40,505 bases of DNA from Nitrospiraceae bacterium (GTDB taxonomy: Bacteria > Nitrospirota > Nitrospiria > Nitrospirales > Nitrospiraceae), in NCBI GenBank assembly GCA_037442105.1, contig JBBIQV010000030.1, forward strand, positions 1 through 40,505, given 5' to 3'. The position numbers and the translations under genes are program-made. The notes beneath the pieces are model-generated. The model saw only the letters and a program-made list of their open reading frames with translations, searched no databases and was not told the origin of the DNA. Positions 22,988-30,725 of this stretch are shown here, piece by piece (the stretch's first letter is position 1; every line of letters begins with the position of its first letter).

Positions 22988-23821
22988 CTAAAAATCCGGA
23001 TACATTCTTCTCGTTTGCGCGGCGGTGTAGACCGGACCTTCCTTGCAAATGTAAAGGTCACCGACGTTGCACCTGCCACATTTCCCCAGGCCGCACTTCA
23101 TCTTGTTTTCCAGCGTCAGGTAGATCTGCTCCGGGGTGAAGCCCAGCTTTTCGAGGGATTGCAGCGTAAACTTGATCATGATCGGCGGGCCGCACATGAT
23201 CACATAGGCGTTCTCCGGAGACGGATTGATCTTCTCCAGCACAGCCGGCAGCAGCCCGACCATGCCATCCCACCCTTCCGTCACACCCCAGGGATCTACC
23301 GTCTTCACCATGTTGACGTCGGAGCGCCGCTCCCACTCTGCGATCTGCCTCTGATACACGAGGTCTCTCGTGCTTCGAGCTCCATAGAGAATCGTGATGG
23401 CTCCGTAGTCGCCCCGCTGCTCCAGGCAGTCGTACAACACCGACGTCACAGCCGGCAGCCCGATCCCGCCGGAGATGAACAGAAGGTTTTTCCCCTTGAA
23501 CAGTTCCATGGGAAAACGATTGCCATAGGGTCCACGGAATCCGACCGTGTCTCCTTGATTCAACGACGCCAGCGCGCCGGTCACCCGGCCGATCTTCCGG
23601 AATGTGATGTCCAGCGAGCGTTGCCGAAAGGATGACGAAGCCAAGGTCAAGGTGGATTCCCCTGCGCCGAAGGCCGAGATCAGCCCGAACTGGCCCGGCT
23701 GAAACGAAAAGGAGTCCCGCACCGCCTGATCCTGGAACTCCAGCTCGAAGGTCCAGGTGTCCACCGTCTCCTGGACAGAAGTCTTGATCGTGGCGAGATA
23801 TGGCAAATATAAATTGCGCAT
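22988..23821 (-). CDS. flxA: FAD/NAD(P)-binding oxidoreductase with [2Fe-2S] (FlxA/AsrB/HydG/PyrK family)
   Basis: PGQF, RGPYGN, GGIGL, YGAR, CGPPIM and KMKCGLGKCGRC...CKEGPV motifs. Confidence 0.88.
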   Translation of the reverse strand: MRNLYLPYLATIKTSVQETVDTWTFELEFQDQAVRDSFSFQPGQFGLISAFGAGESTLTLASSSFRQRSLDITFRKIGRVTGALASLNQGDTVGFRGPYGNRFPMELFKGKNLLFISGGIGLPAVTSVLYDCLEQRGDYGAITILYGARSTRDLVYQRQIAEWERRSDVNMVKTVDPWGVTEGWDGMVGLLPAVLEKINPSPENAYVIMCGPPIMIKFTLQSLEKLGFTPEQIYLTLENKMKCGLGKCGRCNVGDLYICKEGPVYTAAQTRRMYPDF

Positions 23822-23830
23822 ACAAAGCCT

Positions 23831-23877
23831 TCAGCGATCAGCATTCAGCTGTCAGCTAATGGCTGACGGCTGATGGC
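23831..23877. repeat. Heptamer inverted repeat at the flxB/flxA junction, overlapping the flxB 3' end
   Basis: TCAGCGA TCAGCAT TCAGCTG TCAGC / GCTAATG GCTGACG GCTGATG GC. Confidence 0.85.
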
Positions 23878-24907
23878 GTGGGTTGGCTTCGGCCAACCCG
23901 CTCACTTTCTCCATCATCTCCGCAATATCCAAACCGACGTAACAGACCCGGATGCAGCGCCCGCAACCCACGCAGCCCTTGGCCGAAAATTTCGTCGGGT
24001 AAAAGTGGAACTTGCACATGAACCGGTTCCGCCACCGCTGGGACTGCAAGGATCGAGGGTTGTGCCCGCTCGCATGGGCCGCGAAATGGTCGAACTGGCA
24101 GGCGTCCCAGTTTTTTCGCCGTTCGCCCTGGAAGGCGCCACCCTCGTCGGTCAGGTCGAAGCAGTGGCAGGTCGGGCAGACATAGGTGCAGGCTCCGCAG
24201 CCTAAACACTTGGCGGCATGCTCGGCCCAGACGGCATCCTGATAATGAGAGGGGTCCGACAGCCAGGCCAGAATCTTCTCGACATCGGATGTTTCGATAA
24301 CCGGCGGAGGAACGACGGGACGGAACGACTCCGACCCCTCTTCGAAATGCGAGGCCCAGCGGGCAACCAGCTTCTCCCCCTTGTCTGTCACCGGCTCCAC
24401 GGCAAAGTTCCCCGCGACCGTTTCCCGAAGCAATAGGTCGCTCCCCTCTGTCGCATCCGGCGCCAGCCCCACGCTGGTGCAGAAACAGGACCGGTCCCCC
24501 CTCGCACAGGCGAGCGTCACCACCGTGGTCCGCTCGTAACGATCGAGAAAGAGCGGGTCATCTTCTCCCTGCCAGACAAATACCGAGCGCAGCGCGGCGA
24601 TGCCGGCAGCATCGCAGGCGCGGGAACCCAGCAGGACGGTGTCCGGCCATTGACCAGCGCCTCCCACATCTTTCATCTCCACGCTGGACTTCTTAATGGT
24701 GTAGAGCATGACCGGCTCGGTCTGGGGAAACAGAAAGTCCTTGATGGAGTTGCGTCCGATGACCTGGCTGAAATCCAGCGCCGAGGCCCGATCTACGGGA
24801 GCATAGACCGGTTGCCCGGCCCGCGTGACGGGCCCTACAACACGGACCTTCTCCGCGAGCATCGCTTCCACCCAGCGATCGAGGTGTTGTCTAGTTAGTA
24901 GTTTCAT
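23852..24907 (-). CDS. flxB: 4Fe-4S dicluster protein (FlxB/AsrA/HydB family)
   Basis: RACD, CFCTSVG, CLGCGACTYVCPTCHCF, WDACQ and GCVGCGRCIRVC motifs. Confidence 0.88.
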   Translation of the reverse strand: MKLLTRQHLDRWVEAMLAEKVRVVGPVTRAGQPVYAPVDRASALDFSQVIGRNSIKDFLFPQTEPVMLYTIKKSSVEMKDVGGAGQWPDTVLLGSRACDAAGIAALRSVFVWQGEDDPLFLDRYERTTVVTLACARGDRSCFCTSVGLAPDATEGSDLLLRETVAGNFAVEPVTDKGEKLVARWASHFEEGSESFRPVVPPPVIETSDVEKILAWLSDPSHYQDAVWAEHAAKCLGCGACTYVCPTCHCFDLTDEGGAFQGERRKNWDACQFDHFAAHASGHNPRSLQSQRWRNRFMCKFHFYPTKFSAKGCVGCGRCIRVCYVGLDIAEMMEKVSGLAEANPRHQPSAIS

Positions 24908-24917
24908 CGACTCTACA

Positions 24918-24992
24918 AGCTAGCAGCGAGTAGCGAGCAGCGAATAGCTGGTAGCTCAGAGCTATTCGCTGTTCTCTATTTGCTATTCGCTA
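24918..24992. repeat. Heptamer inverted repeat at the mvhD-flxC/flxB junction
   Basis: CAGCGAG TAGCGAG CAGCGAA TAGCTGG TAGC vs GCTATTC GCTGTTC TCTATTT GCTATTC GCTA. Confidence 0.88.
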
Positions 24993-24996
24993 TGTC

Positions 24997-26409
24997 TCAC
25001 CGAATAAAATTCTCCTTATCGTCCGGGTGATAGACCACCATCGGCGGATGGGCCTTCTCATCGTAACCGGACCGATAGTCGAAGGCTTCCTCGGACACGA
25101 CGGCCAGTTTTCGATTGATCAAATTCAACGGAATGTTGGCGGGACAGACCCGGTCGCACTCGCCGCAATAAGTGCACCGTCCTGCCAGATGGATCGCGCG
25201 AACGAGATTCCAGGAAAAGTTCCCCTGCGGGTGCGCGCTGGTCTCGACCCACTGCGGATTGTTCTTCTCCGTGATGCACCGGTCGCAGTAGCAGAGCGGG
25301 CAGACTTGGCTGCAGGCATAGCACTTGATGCAGCGGTCGAAATGCTCGGCCCAGAAGTCCCACCGCTCACCCGGACTTTTGCGGTCCAGAGCTTCGATCT
25401 GCCGCTGGACTTCGGATGGCCCTTGTTGCTCGACGGATCGCGCAACCGGCTCGCCCACGACATGGTCGGCCAGCCGAGGCGTCTGCACATCGCAGCCGAT
25501 GCACTTGGGCGCCAGTAAATCGGGAGCCGCTTTCCCCGCCCACAGTTCCTGCCGATAGATCACACCGGAGCATGAGACTCCCAAGATCACGATGCCGTCC
25601 CGCCCAATCTGTTCTTCCTGCAACAGCACTGTGATGGTCTTGATGTCGCAGCCCTTCGCGACGATCGCGGGTTTGCCCAACTTCGCAATGTCCCCTTGCT
25701 TACGCGGCAGATAGACCGAGAGATTGTTCACGCAGAGGGGGTTGAAGACGAGGCGGGACACGTCGCCAGGTTCGGTGATGAACACCGGGACGATGCGCCG
25801 CTGGCGCTTGGCCCACCCGTACCCGATGACCACCTTGACCTCGCCCTTCTCCAACAGCTCGCGTGCCTTCTCTCTGAGAGCCGGAACGAACGGCGCGTCT
25901 TCGGGAAGCGGCACCTCATCCGGGATGCCGGGCTGCCAGGCCTCGCTCCACACCAGAAGGGGACAGGCTCCGCCGTTTGCGGCGGTGCCTGTCCCCTTAA
26001 GGGCGTGGTACTTCGTGAACGGACCCAACCCGCGGATGGTCTCCGTGGCCTGGTCCACCATCTTGGCCCACTTGTTCGCTTCGGAGGCCGATACCCAGGC
26101 ATACTGGATTCGTTCGGGTTCGATCCCTACGAAATCCGTCAAGCCCTTGAAGAAGATCCACCGGCGCTTAGCGTGGAGGTTTCCGGAGATGTAGTGGCAG
26201 TCGCCCGGATGGCAACCGGAGATCAGGACTCCGTCCGCTCCCTGCTCGAACGCTTTGATGATGAAGAGCGGATCCACTCGGCCCGTGCAGGGAACCCGGA
26301 TCAGGCGCACATTCGGCCGGTACTGAGTACGGGTGACCCCGGCGAGGTCCGCCCCCGCATAGGTGCACCAGTTGCACACAAACGCGACGATTTTGGGTTC
26401 CCAACTCAT
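24997..26409 (-). CDS. MvhD/FlxD-type [2Fe-2S] domain fused to a FlxC/FdhB-like 4Fe-4S domain
   Basis: N-terminal FVCNWCTYAGAD, VPCTGR and GCHPGDCHY (MvhD); C-terminal KGCD, CIKCYACSQVCPLCYCDRC and GRCTYCGECDRVCP. Confidence 0.9.
   Translation of the reverse strand: MSWEPKIVAFVCNWCTYAGADLAGVTRTQYRPNVRLIRVPCTGRVDPLFIIKAFEQGADGVLISGCHPGDCHYISGNLHAKRRWIFFKGLTDFVGIEPERIQYAWVSASEANKWAKMVDQATETIRGLGPFTKYHALKGTGTAANGGACPLLVWSEAWQPGIPDEVPLPEDAPFVPALREKARELLEKGEVKVVIGYGWAKRQRRIVPVFITEPGDVSRLVFNPLCVNNLSVYLPRKQGDIAKLGKPAIVAKGCDIKTITVLLQEEQIGRDGIVILGVSCSGVIYRQELWAGKAAPDLLAPKCIGCDVQTPRLADHVVGEPVARSVEQQGPSEVQRQIEALDRKSPGERWDFWAEHFDRCIKCYACSQVCPLCYCDRCITEKNNPQWVETSAHPQGNFSWNLVRAIHLAGRCTYCGECDRVCPANIPLNLINRKLAVVSEEAFDYRSGYDEKAHPPMVVYHPDDKENFIR
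25957..25998. repeat. REP-like hairpin in frame within the mvhD-flxC linker
   Basis: AAGGGGACAGGC-T-CCGCCG-TTTG-CGGCGG-T-GCCTGTCCCCTT: 18-bp stem with one mismatch. Confidence 0.85.
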
Positions 26410-26500
26410 AGCCAATAGCTCACAGCCAACAGCGAGTAGCTAACGCGAATAGCAAACAGCGACAGCTCCGAGCTATTAGCTGCTCGCTGCTAGCTATTCG
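26410..26500. repeat. Heptamer inverted repeat spanning the whole hdrA/mvhD junction
   Basis: TAGCCAA TAGCTCA CAGCCAA CAGCGAG TAGCTAA...TAGCAAA CAGCGA vs GCTATTA GCTGCTC GCTGCTA GCTATTC GCTA. Confidence 0.88.
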
Positions 26501-28480
26501 CTAAAGAGCGCAAATCGCGGCATAGATCTGCGCATCGGTGTAGCCGCGCAGATCGATCGTCTTTGAGTGGCAGGCGGCGACACAGACCCCGCAACCCACG
26601 CAGACCCCTTCGTTCACCTTCGCCACATACCGAAGCACATTGCCGGCCCGATCTTTCACCGCCTCCCGTTGGATCGCATGGTACGGACAGGCCGTTTCGC
26701 AATCCCAGCAGGCATTGCAGGTCGCGGTGTTAACCTCGGCCACGACCGGCTCGCGGCTCAGCTCCTCGTTGGAAAAAAGCGCGAGCACTTTGCTCGCCGC
26801 CGCCGACCCCTGCGCCACCGACGTGGGAATGTCCACCGGACCGATGCAGGCTCCGGCCAGGTAGATGCCGGCCGTGGCGGTTTCCACCGGACGGAGCTTG
26901 GGATGGTACTCGTTGTAAAACCCGTACCCGTCGTAACTGATCCCCAGCCGTTTGGCCAAGTCCTTGGCCCCGATCCGGGGAACGACTGCCGTCGCCAGCA
27001 CGACCAGATCCGCCTCCAGCTCCACCTGGCTCCCGCTCAAGGTGTCGGCGCCCTGAACCAGCAGTCTTCCATTGCGTTCGTACACACGCGAGACACGCCC
27101 GCGCAGATACACGGCACCTTCATGCTCGACCGCGCGCCGGTGGAATTCTTCATAGCGCTTCCCGCCGCATCGGATGTCCATATAGAAGATGAAGGACTGC
27201 CCCTCATGCACCTTGTGTTTGTAGAGCATCGCGTGCTTGGCGGTGTACATGCAGCAAATGTTCGAGCAATAGGCCACGCCCTTGCTCTCGTCACGCGAAC
27301 CGGAACATTCGATGAACACCACCCGGTTCGGCACCTTTCCATCTGAAGGCCGTTTGATGTCGCCGCCGGTCGGGCCGGAAGCGCTGGCCAGCCGTTCGAA
27401 GTCCAATCCGGTGATCACGTCCTTGTAGCGACCGCCGCCGAACTCCGGAAATCGCTCGACGCCCATCACCTCGTAGCCGGTGGCAACCAGCACTGCCCCG
27501 ACCTTCTCCGTCACGAACGTGTCTTCCTGATCGAAGTCGATGCAGTTCGGGCCGCAGACCTTCGCGCAGACGCCGCACTTCTTCTTGTCCTTGACGTACT
27601 TGGGGCAATGGTCGCGGTCGATGATGGGAATCGCGGGGACGGCCTGGGGGAACGGGATATAGATGAGCTTGCGTTTACCCATCTCCGAATCGAACTCGTT
27701 CGGCGCGGTGAACGGACACTTGGCGGTGCATTCGCCGCACTCCGTGCAGAGTTCCTCAATCACCGACTTGGCTTTCTTGCGGATCTTGACGGTGAAGTTC
27801 CCGATGTAGCCCTCGACCGACTCCACCTCGGAGTAGGTGTACAAGCGAATCTTGGGATGGTGCGCAGCTTCCACCATTTTCGGGGTGAGGATGCACTGCG
27901 AGCAGTCCATCGTCGGGAAGGTTTCGGAGAGCTTGGCCATCTGTCCGCCGATCGAGGGCTCCTTCTCGACGAGGATGACCTCGTGGCCGGCCTCGGCAAT
28001 GTCCAGCGCGGCCTGGATGCCTGCGACGCCTCCGCCGATGACCAACGCCTTCTTGGTGACGGGAACTCTGATCTTGTCGAGAGGCCCGTTTCGACGGACT
28101 CGCTCCACGGTCATACGGGTGATGTCGAGAGACTTCTCCGTACCGATGACTTTGGTCTTGTCCTCATGGACCCACGAGCAATGTTCCCGGATGTTGGCGA
28201 TCTCGCACTGGAAGGGATTGAGGCCGGCTTCCTCCGAGGCCTTGCGGAAAGTCTTCTCGTGCATGTGCGGCGAGCAGGCGGCAATGACGACCTTGTCGAG
28301 CCCGTTGGTCTTAATGATCTCCTTGACAAGCTGCTGCCCCGGAGAAGAGCACAAGAACCGGCAGTTCTCCGTATGGACAACGCCGGGCAGGTTCTTGGCC
28401 TCGTCGGCCACCTTGGCCGTATCCACCGTACCCGCGATATTGTTTCCACACTGGCAGACAAAGACGCCGATCTTGCTCAT
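26501..28480 (-). CDS. hdrA: Heterodisulfide reductase subunit A (flavin-based electron-bifurcating family), 659 aa
   Basis: IGVFVCQCG, AACSP, NIREHCSWVH, VIGGGVAGI, TFPTMDCSQCILTP, inserted ferredoxin domain, GLDFER, CSNICCMYTAK and a C-terminal 2x4Fe-4S domain. Confidence 0.96.
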   Translation of the reverse strand: MSKIGVFVCQCGNNIAGTVDTAKVADEAKNLPGVVHTENCRFLCSSPGQQLVKEIIKTNGLDKVVIAACSPHMHEKTFRKASEEAGLNPFQCEIANIREHCSWVHEDKTKVIGTEKSLDITRMTVERVRRNGPLDKIRVPVTKKALVIGGGVAGIQAALDIAEAGHEVILVEKEPSIGGQMAKLSETFPTMDCSQCILTPKMVEAAHHPKIRLYTYSEVESVEGYIGNFTVKIRKKAKSVIEELCTECGECTAKCPFTAPNEFDSEMGKRKLIYIPFPQAVPAIPIIDRDHCPKYVKDKKKCGVCAKVCGPNCIDFDQEDTFVTEKVGAVLVATGYEVMGVERFPEFGGGRYKDVITGLDFERLASASGPTGGDIKRPSDGKVPNRVVFIECSGSRDESKGVAYCSNICCMYTAKHAMLYKHKVHEGQSFIFYMDIRCGGKRYEEFHRRAVEHEGAVYLRGRVSRVYERNGRLLVQGADTLSGSQVELEADLVVLATAVVPRIGAKDLAKRLGISYDGYGFYNEYHPKLRPVETATAGIYLAGACIGPVDIPTSVAQGSAAASKVLALFSNEELSREPVVAEVNTATCNACWDCETACPYHAIQREAVKDRAGNVLRYVAKVNEGVCVGCGVCVAACHSKTIDLRGYTDAQIYAAICAL

Positions 28481-28541
28481 ATAGCCGTAAGCTTTCAGCG
28501 AATAGCTAATAGCTGTTAGCTGCTCGCTACCAGCTGTTCGC
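28481..28541. repeat. Heptamer repeat at the hdrB/hdrA junction, overlapping the hdrB 3' end
   Basis: CAGCGAA TAGCTAA TAGC / GCTGTTA GCTGCTC GCTACCA GCTGTTC GC. Confidence 0.82.
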
Positions 28542-29565
28542 GCACGATCCCTTTCGCCCGCAGCACCGGGCGTGGATCGATCAGGTTCTCGCCCAGACCC
28601 AACTCTTCCTCCGGCAACCCGAGCGCGAGGCCCAGCAATTGCGTGAAGTACAGAACAGGCAGCGTGGCGCCGGGGGTCTGGTCCCCTTCTTCGCGCATCG
28701 GGGGACTGACACCCTTCCCCGCGTCTGCGCGTGGCGTCTGTCCCCGTCCGGAAGGGGAGAGGCACTGTCGCGGACGACTGAGCCAGTCCCCGTGCAGGGG
28801 GTCAGACACCGCCTCGCTTCGCGTGGCCAGAAGGGTGTCTGACCCCTGGGCTTTCTGGCTCCGTTCGAGATTGTAGAAACAGAGCGGGCAGGTGGTCGTC
28901 ACCAGCTCAGCGCCGAACGCCTGAGCGGAGGCCACGACTGCGCCGGACAGCCGGACCACGACTTCCTCATTGGACATGGCCAGATGCGATCCGCAACATT
29001 CCCCTCGGTTGGGAAACTCGATGGCTTCGCACCCGATGGCTTCAAGAAACTCCTCGAAGATGCGGGTCGTTTCTCCTCCATCGATCGCCGCTGATTTCGG
29101 CCGGAGTAACGTGCAGCCGTAATACGCTCCGACCTTCAGCTTCTTGAGGTTGCGCGTCACCCGCTTTTTCAACTCAGAGAACCCCAGGCGATCCCTCAGG
29201 ACCTCCAGGAGGTGCACGACTTCCACATCTCCCTCGTAGCTCGTCCCCAGGAAGTCGTTAATGACCGTCCTGCGCCCCTCATCTTCCTTGATGACCTGGT
29301 TGGTTCGCCTCAGCGTGTTATAGCAAAAAGAGCAGAGGGTCGAGACCGTGCCACCCGCTTTTTGGGATTGAATGAGCACATTGGTAGGCCCGGTCAGGCC
29401 GATGATGTTGTTCGGGGTCAGCGGGAACGAGGCACCGCAGCAATTCCACTGGGCCAACTCGGCCAACTCGATGCCGAGCAACTTCAGCGACCGGCGCGCG
29501 GAAAGGTCGAATGGCTTGGCGACCGTGTTGAGCGTGCAGCCGGGATAGTAGGGGATGCTTGTCAT
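28516..29565 (-). CDS. hdrB: Heterodisulfide reductase subunit B (two CCG domains) with a ~55-60 aa insertion near the C-terminus
   Basis: YYPGC...WNCCG...LCSFC and YYGC...ECCG...TCPLC; the PVLYFTQLLG end follows an atypical insert. Confidence 0.92.
   Translation of the reverse strand: MTSIPYYPGCTLNTVAKPFDLSARRSLKLLGIELAELAQWNCCGASFPLTPNNIIGLTGPTNVLIQSQKAGGTVSTLCSFCYNTLRRTNQVIKEDEGRRTVINDFLGTSYEGDVEVVHLLEVLRDRLGFSELKKRVTRNLKKLKVGAYYGCTLLRPKSAAIDGGETTRIFEEFLEAIGCEAIEFPNRGECCGSHLAMSNEEVVVRLSGAVVASAQAFGAELVTTTCPLCFYNLERSQKAQGSDTLLATRSEAVSDPLHGDWLSRPRQCLSPSGRGQTPRADAGKGVSPPMREEGDQTPGATLPVLYFTQLLGLALGLPEEELGLGENLIDPRPVLRAKGIVREQLVASS
28672..28847. repeat. Tandem cluster of REP-like GGGG...CCCC palindromes inside hdrB
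   Basis: GGGGTCTGGTCCCC (28673-28686); GGGGACTGACAC...GCGTCTGTCCCC (28701-28745); GGGGAGAGGCAC...GAGCCAGTCCCC (28754-28791); perfect 13-bp IR GGGGTCAGACACC / GGTGTCTGACCCC (28798-28846). Confidence 0.85.
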
Positions 29566-29598
29566 AAGCTGACAGCTAATAGCTGATGGCTGATAGCT
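29566..29598. repeat. Heptamer tandem repeat filling the hdrC/hdrB junction
   Basis: GCTGACA GCTAATA GCTGATG GCTGATA GC. Confidence 0.85.
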
Positions 29599-30009
29599 TC
29601 AAGGAATCAGTTTCCGAAACCCTGCCACCACCGCCTGTTGCGGGGATCGTTCGAGAAAACCGTCAGGCACTTGCGCCAACGCAACCGGTCCCTTGCCCTG
29701 GCGAAGGCTCATCCGCCTGAGGGCTTCCATCACCTTCGACGGGTCCAGACACTTCGGACAGCGGGCCTGGCACTGGAGACAGGACACGCACAGCCACATG
29801 GAATTGGCCTGTAACGCCATCCGCTCCTGGCCTAATTGTACGAACCGAATCACCTGCGAGACGGGGATCTCCATCGCGAACGAAACCGGGCATGAACCTG
29901 AGCAGTTCCCGCACTGATAACAACGGGACAGATCCTCGCCGCTTTCCCGCTCGACCTGGTCGAGAAAGGCGTTCTGCTCACTGATGGTGTCGAGTGAAAT
30001 CTTCATCAT
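29599..30009 (-). CDS. hdrC: Heterodisulfide reductase subunit C (2x[4Fe-4S])
   Basis: CYQCGNCSGSCP and WLCVSCLQCQARCP; start ATG at 30009 or 30006. Confidence 0.92.
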   Translation of the reverse strand: MMKISLDTISEQNAFLDQVERESGEDLSRCYQCGNCSGSCPVSFAMEIPVSQVIRFVQLGQERMALQANSMWLCVSCLQCQARCPKCLDPSKVMEALRRMSLRQGKGPVALAQVPDGFLERSPQQAVVAGFRKLIP

Positions 30010-30018
30010 CGAACAGTC

Positions 30019-30086
30019 AATGCAAAATGAAAAATGCAAAATTTCGGAAGCCGCGATTCACATTCTGCATTTTGCACTTTGAACTT
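30019..30086. repeat. AT-rich heptamer inverted repeat at the CBS/hdrC junction
   Basis: AATGCAA AATGAAA AATGCAA AATT vs CATTCTG CATTTTG CACTTTG AACTT. Confidence 0.85.
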
Positions 30087-30102
30087 ATCATTGATCGGCA
30101 GG

Positions 30103-30495
30103 CTAGCTCCTCGGATACTTCGTCAGAAAGTTCACCAAATCGCGGACCGACACCAGGCCGATCATCTTTCCGTCCCTCTGCACTCCCAGATGGCGGACCC
30201 CTTCTTTGGCCATCAGGTCGTTGGCATCCAGCAATGTCGCCTCCGCCTCAATTCGCAGCAGCGGCGCAGACATGATCCGCTCCACCGGCGTCTTGTCCGG
30301 ATCGAGATCCTCTGCCATGGCGCGGCGAGCCAAATCCGTGTCGGTCACAATCCCCACCACGGCTTCTTTGTTGGTAACCAGAAGGCTGCCGATCCTGAAA
30401 TCCCGCATCAGTTTGGCTGAACGGCGAATGGGCTCGTCCCGATCAACGGTCTTGAGTTTCTCGACAGGGGTCATGATGAGTTTGACTGGTACCAT
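30103..30495 (-). CDS. Stand-alone CBS-pair protein
   Basis: VKLIMT...IGSLLV...VGIVTDTDL and VERIMS...RHLGV...IGLVSVRDL. Confidence 0.92.
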   Translation of the reverse strand: MVPVKLIMTPVEKLKTVDRDEPIRRSAKLMRDFRIGSLLVTNKEAVVGIVTDTDLARRAMAEDLDPDKTPVERIMSAPLLRIEAEATLLDANDLMAKEGVRHLGVQRDGKMIGLVSVRDLVNFLTKYPRS

Positions 30496-30501
30496 AAGCC
30501 A

Positions 30502-30577
30502 CGAATAGCGAACAGCGCATGGCGAGCAGCGAATAGCTCCGAGCTGTTAGCTGTTCGCTAAAGGCTGCTCGCTATTC
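30502..30577. repeat. Heptamer inverted repeat in the operon leader
   Basis: TAGCGAA CAGCGCA TGGCGAG CAGCGAA TAGCTC vs GAGCTGTTA GCTGTTC GCTAAAG GCTGCTC GCTATTC. Confidence 0.85.
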
Positions 30578-30594
30578 TCAAAACAGACCGGTGG

Positions 30595-30658
30595 ATTGTG
30601 GCTAAGGACGTAAGGCACGTCTATGACGGTCGTCATCCCACTGACTGACAATCGTCAG
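30595..30658 (-). promoter_or_regulatory. Crp/Fnr-type class II promoter of the CBS-hdr-flx-frd operon
   Basis: Two palindromes, ATGAC-N4-GTCAT (30623-30636) and CTGAC-N4-GTCAG (30645-30658), with centres 22 bp apart. A minus-strand -10-like CACAAT (30600-30595) places the proximal box at about -41.5. Confidence 0.7.
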
Positions 30659-30725
30659 GAAAGGGAGCATGTTGGATAGCCGGAGGACGAGGGAAGGACG
30701 GGTAAAGAAGGGCTTTTGTTATCGG

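Noticed and set aside
22988..26409. Sulfhydrogenase (HydBG) or anaerobic sulfite reductase (AsrAB) operon
   Set aside because: The subunits belong to these families, but there is no NiFe large/small subunit or siroheme AsrC; the hdr context fits Flx.
24997..28480. Selenocysteine recoding in HdrA or MvhD
   Set aside because: Both frames are open, with Cys at the relevant motifs and no in-frame TGA.
28481..28765. 95-aa N-terminal extension of HdrA in the ORF track
   Set aside because: It overlaps hdrB and repeat DNA; HdrA similarity starts at MSKIGVFVC (28480).
20260..30577. CRISPR array interpretation of the periodic repeats
   Set aside because: Units are 6-7 nt, degenerate and without unique spacers; no cas genes.
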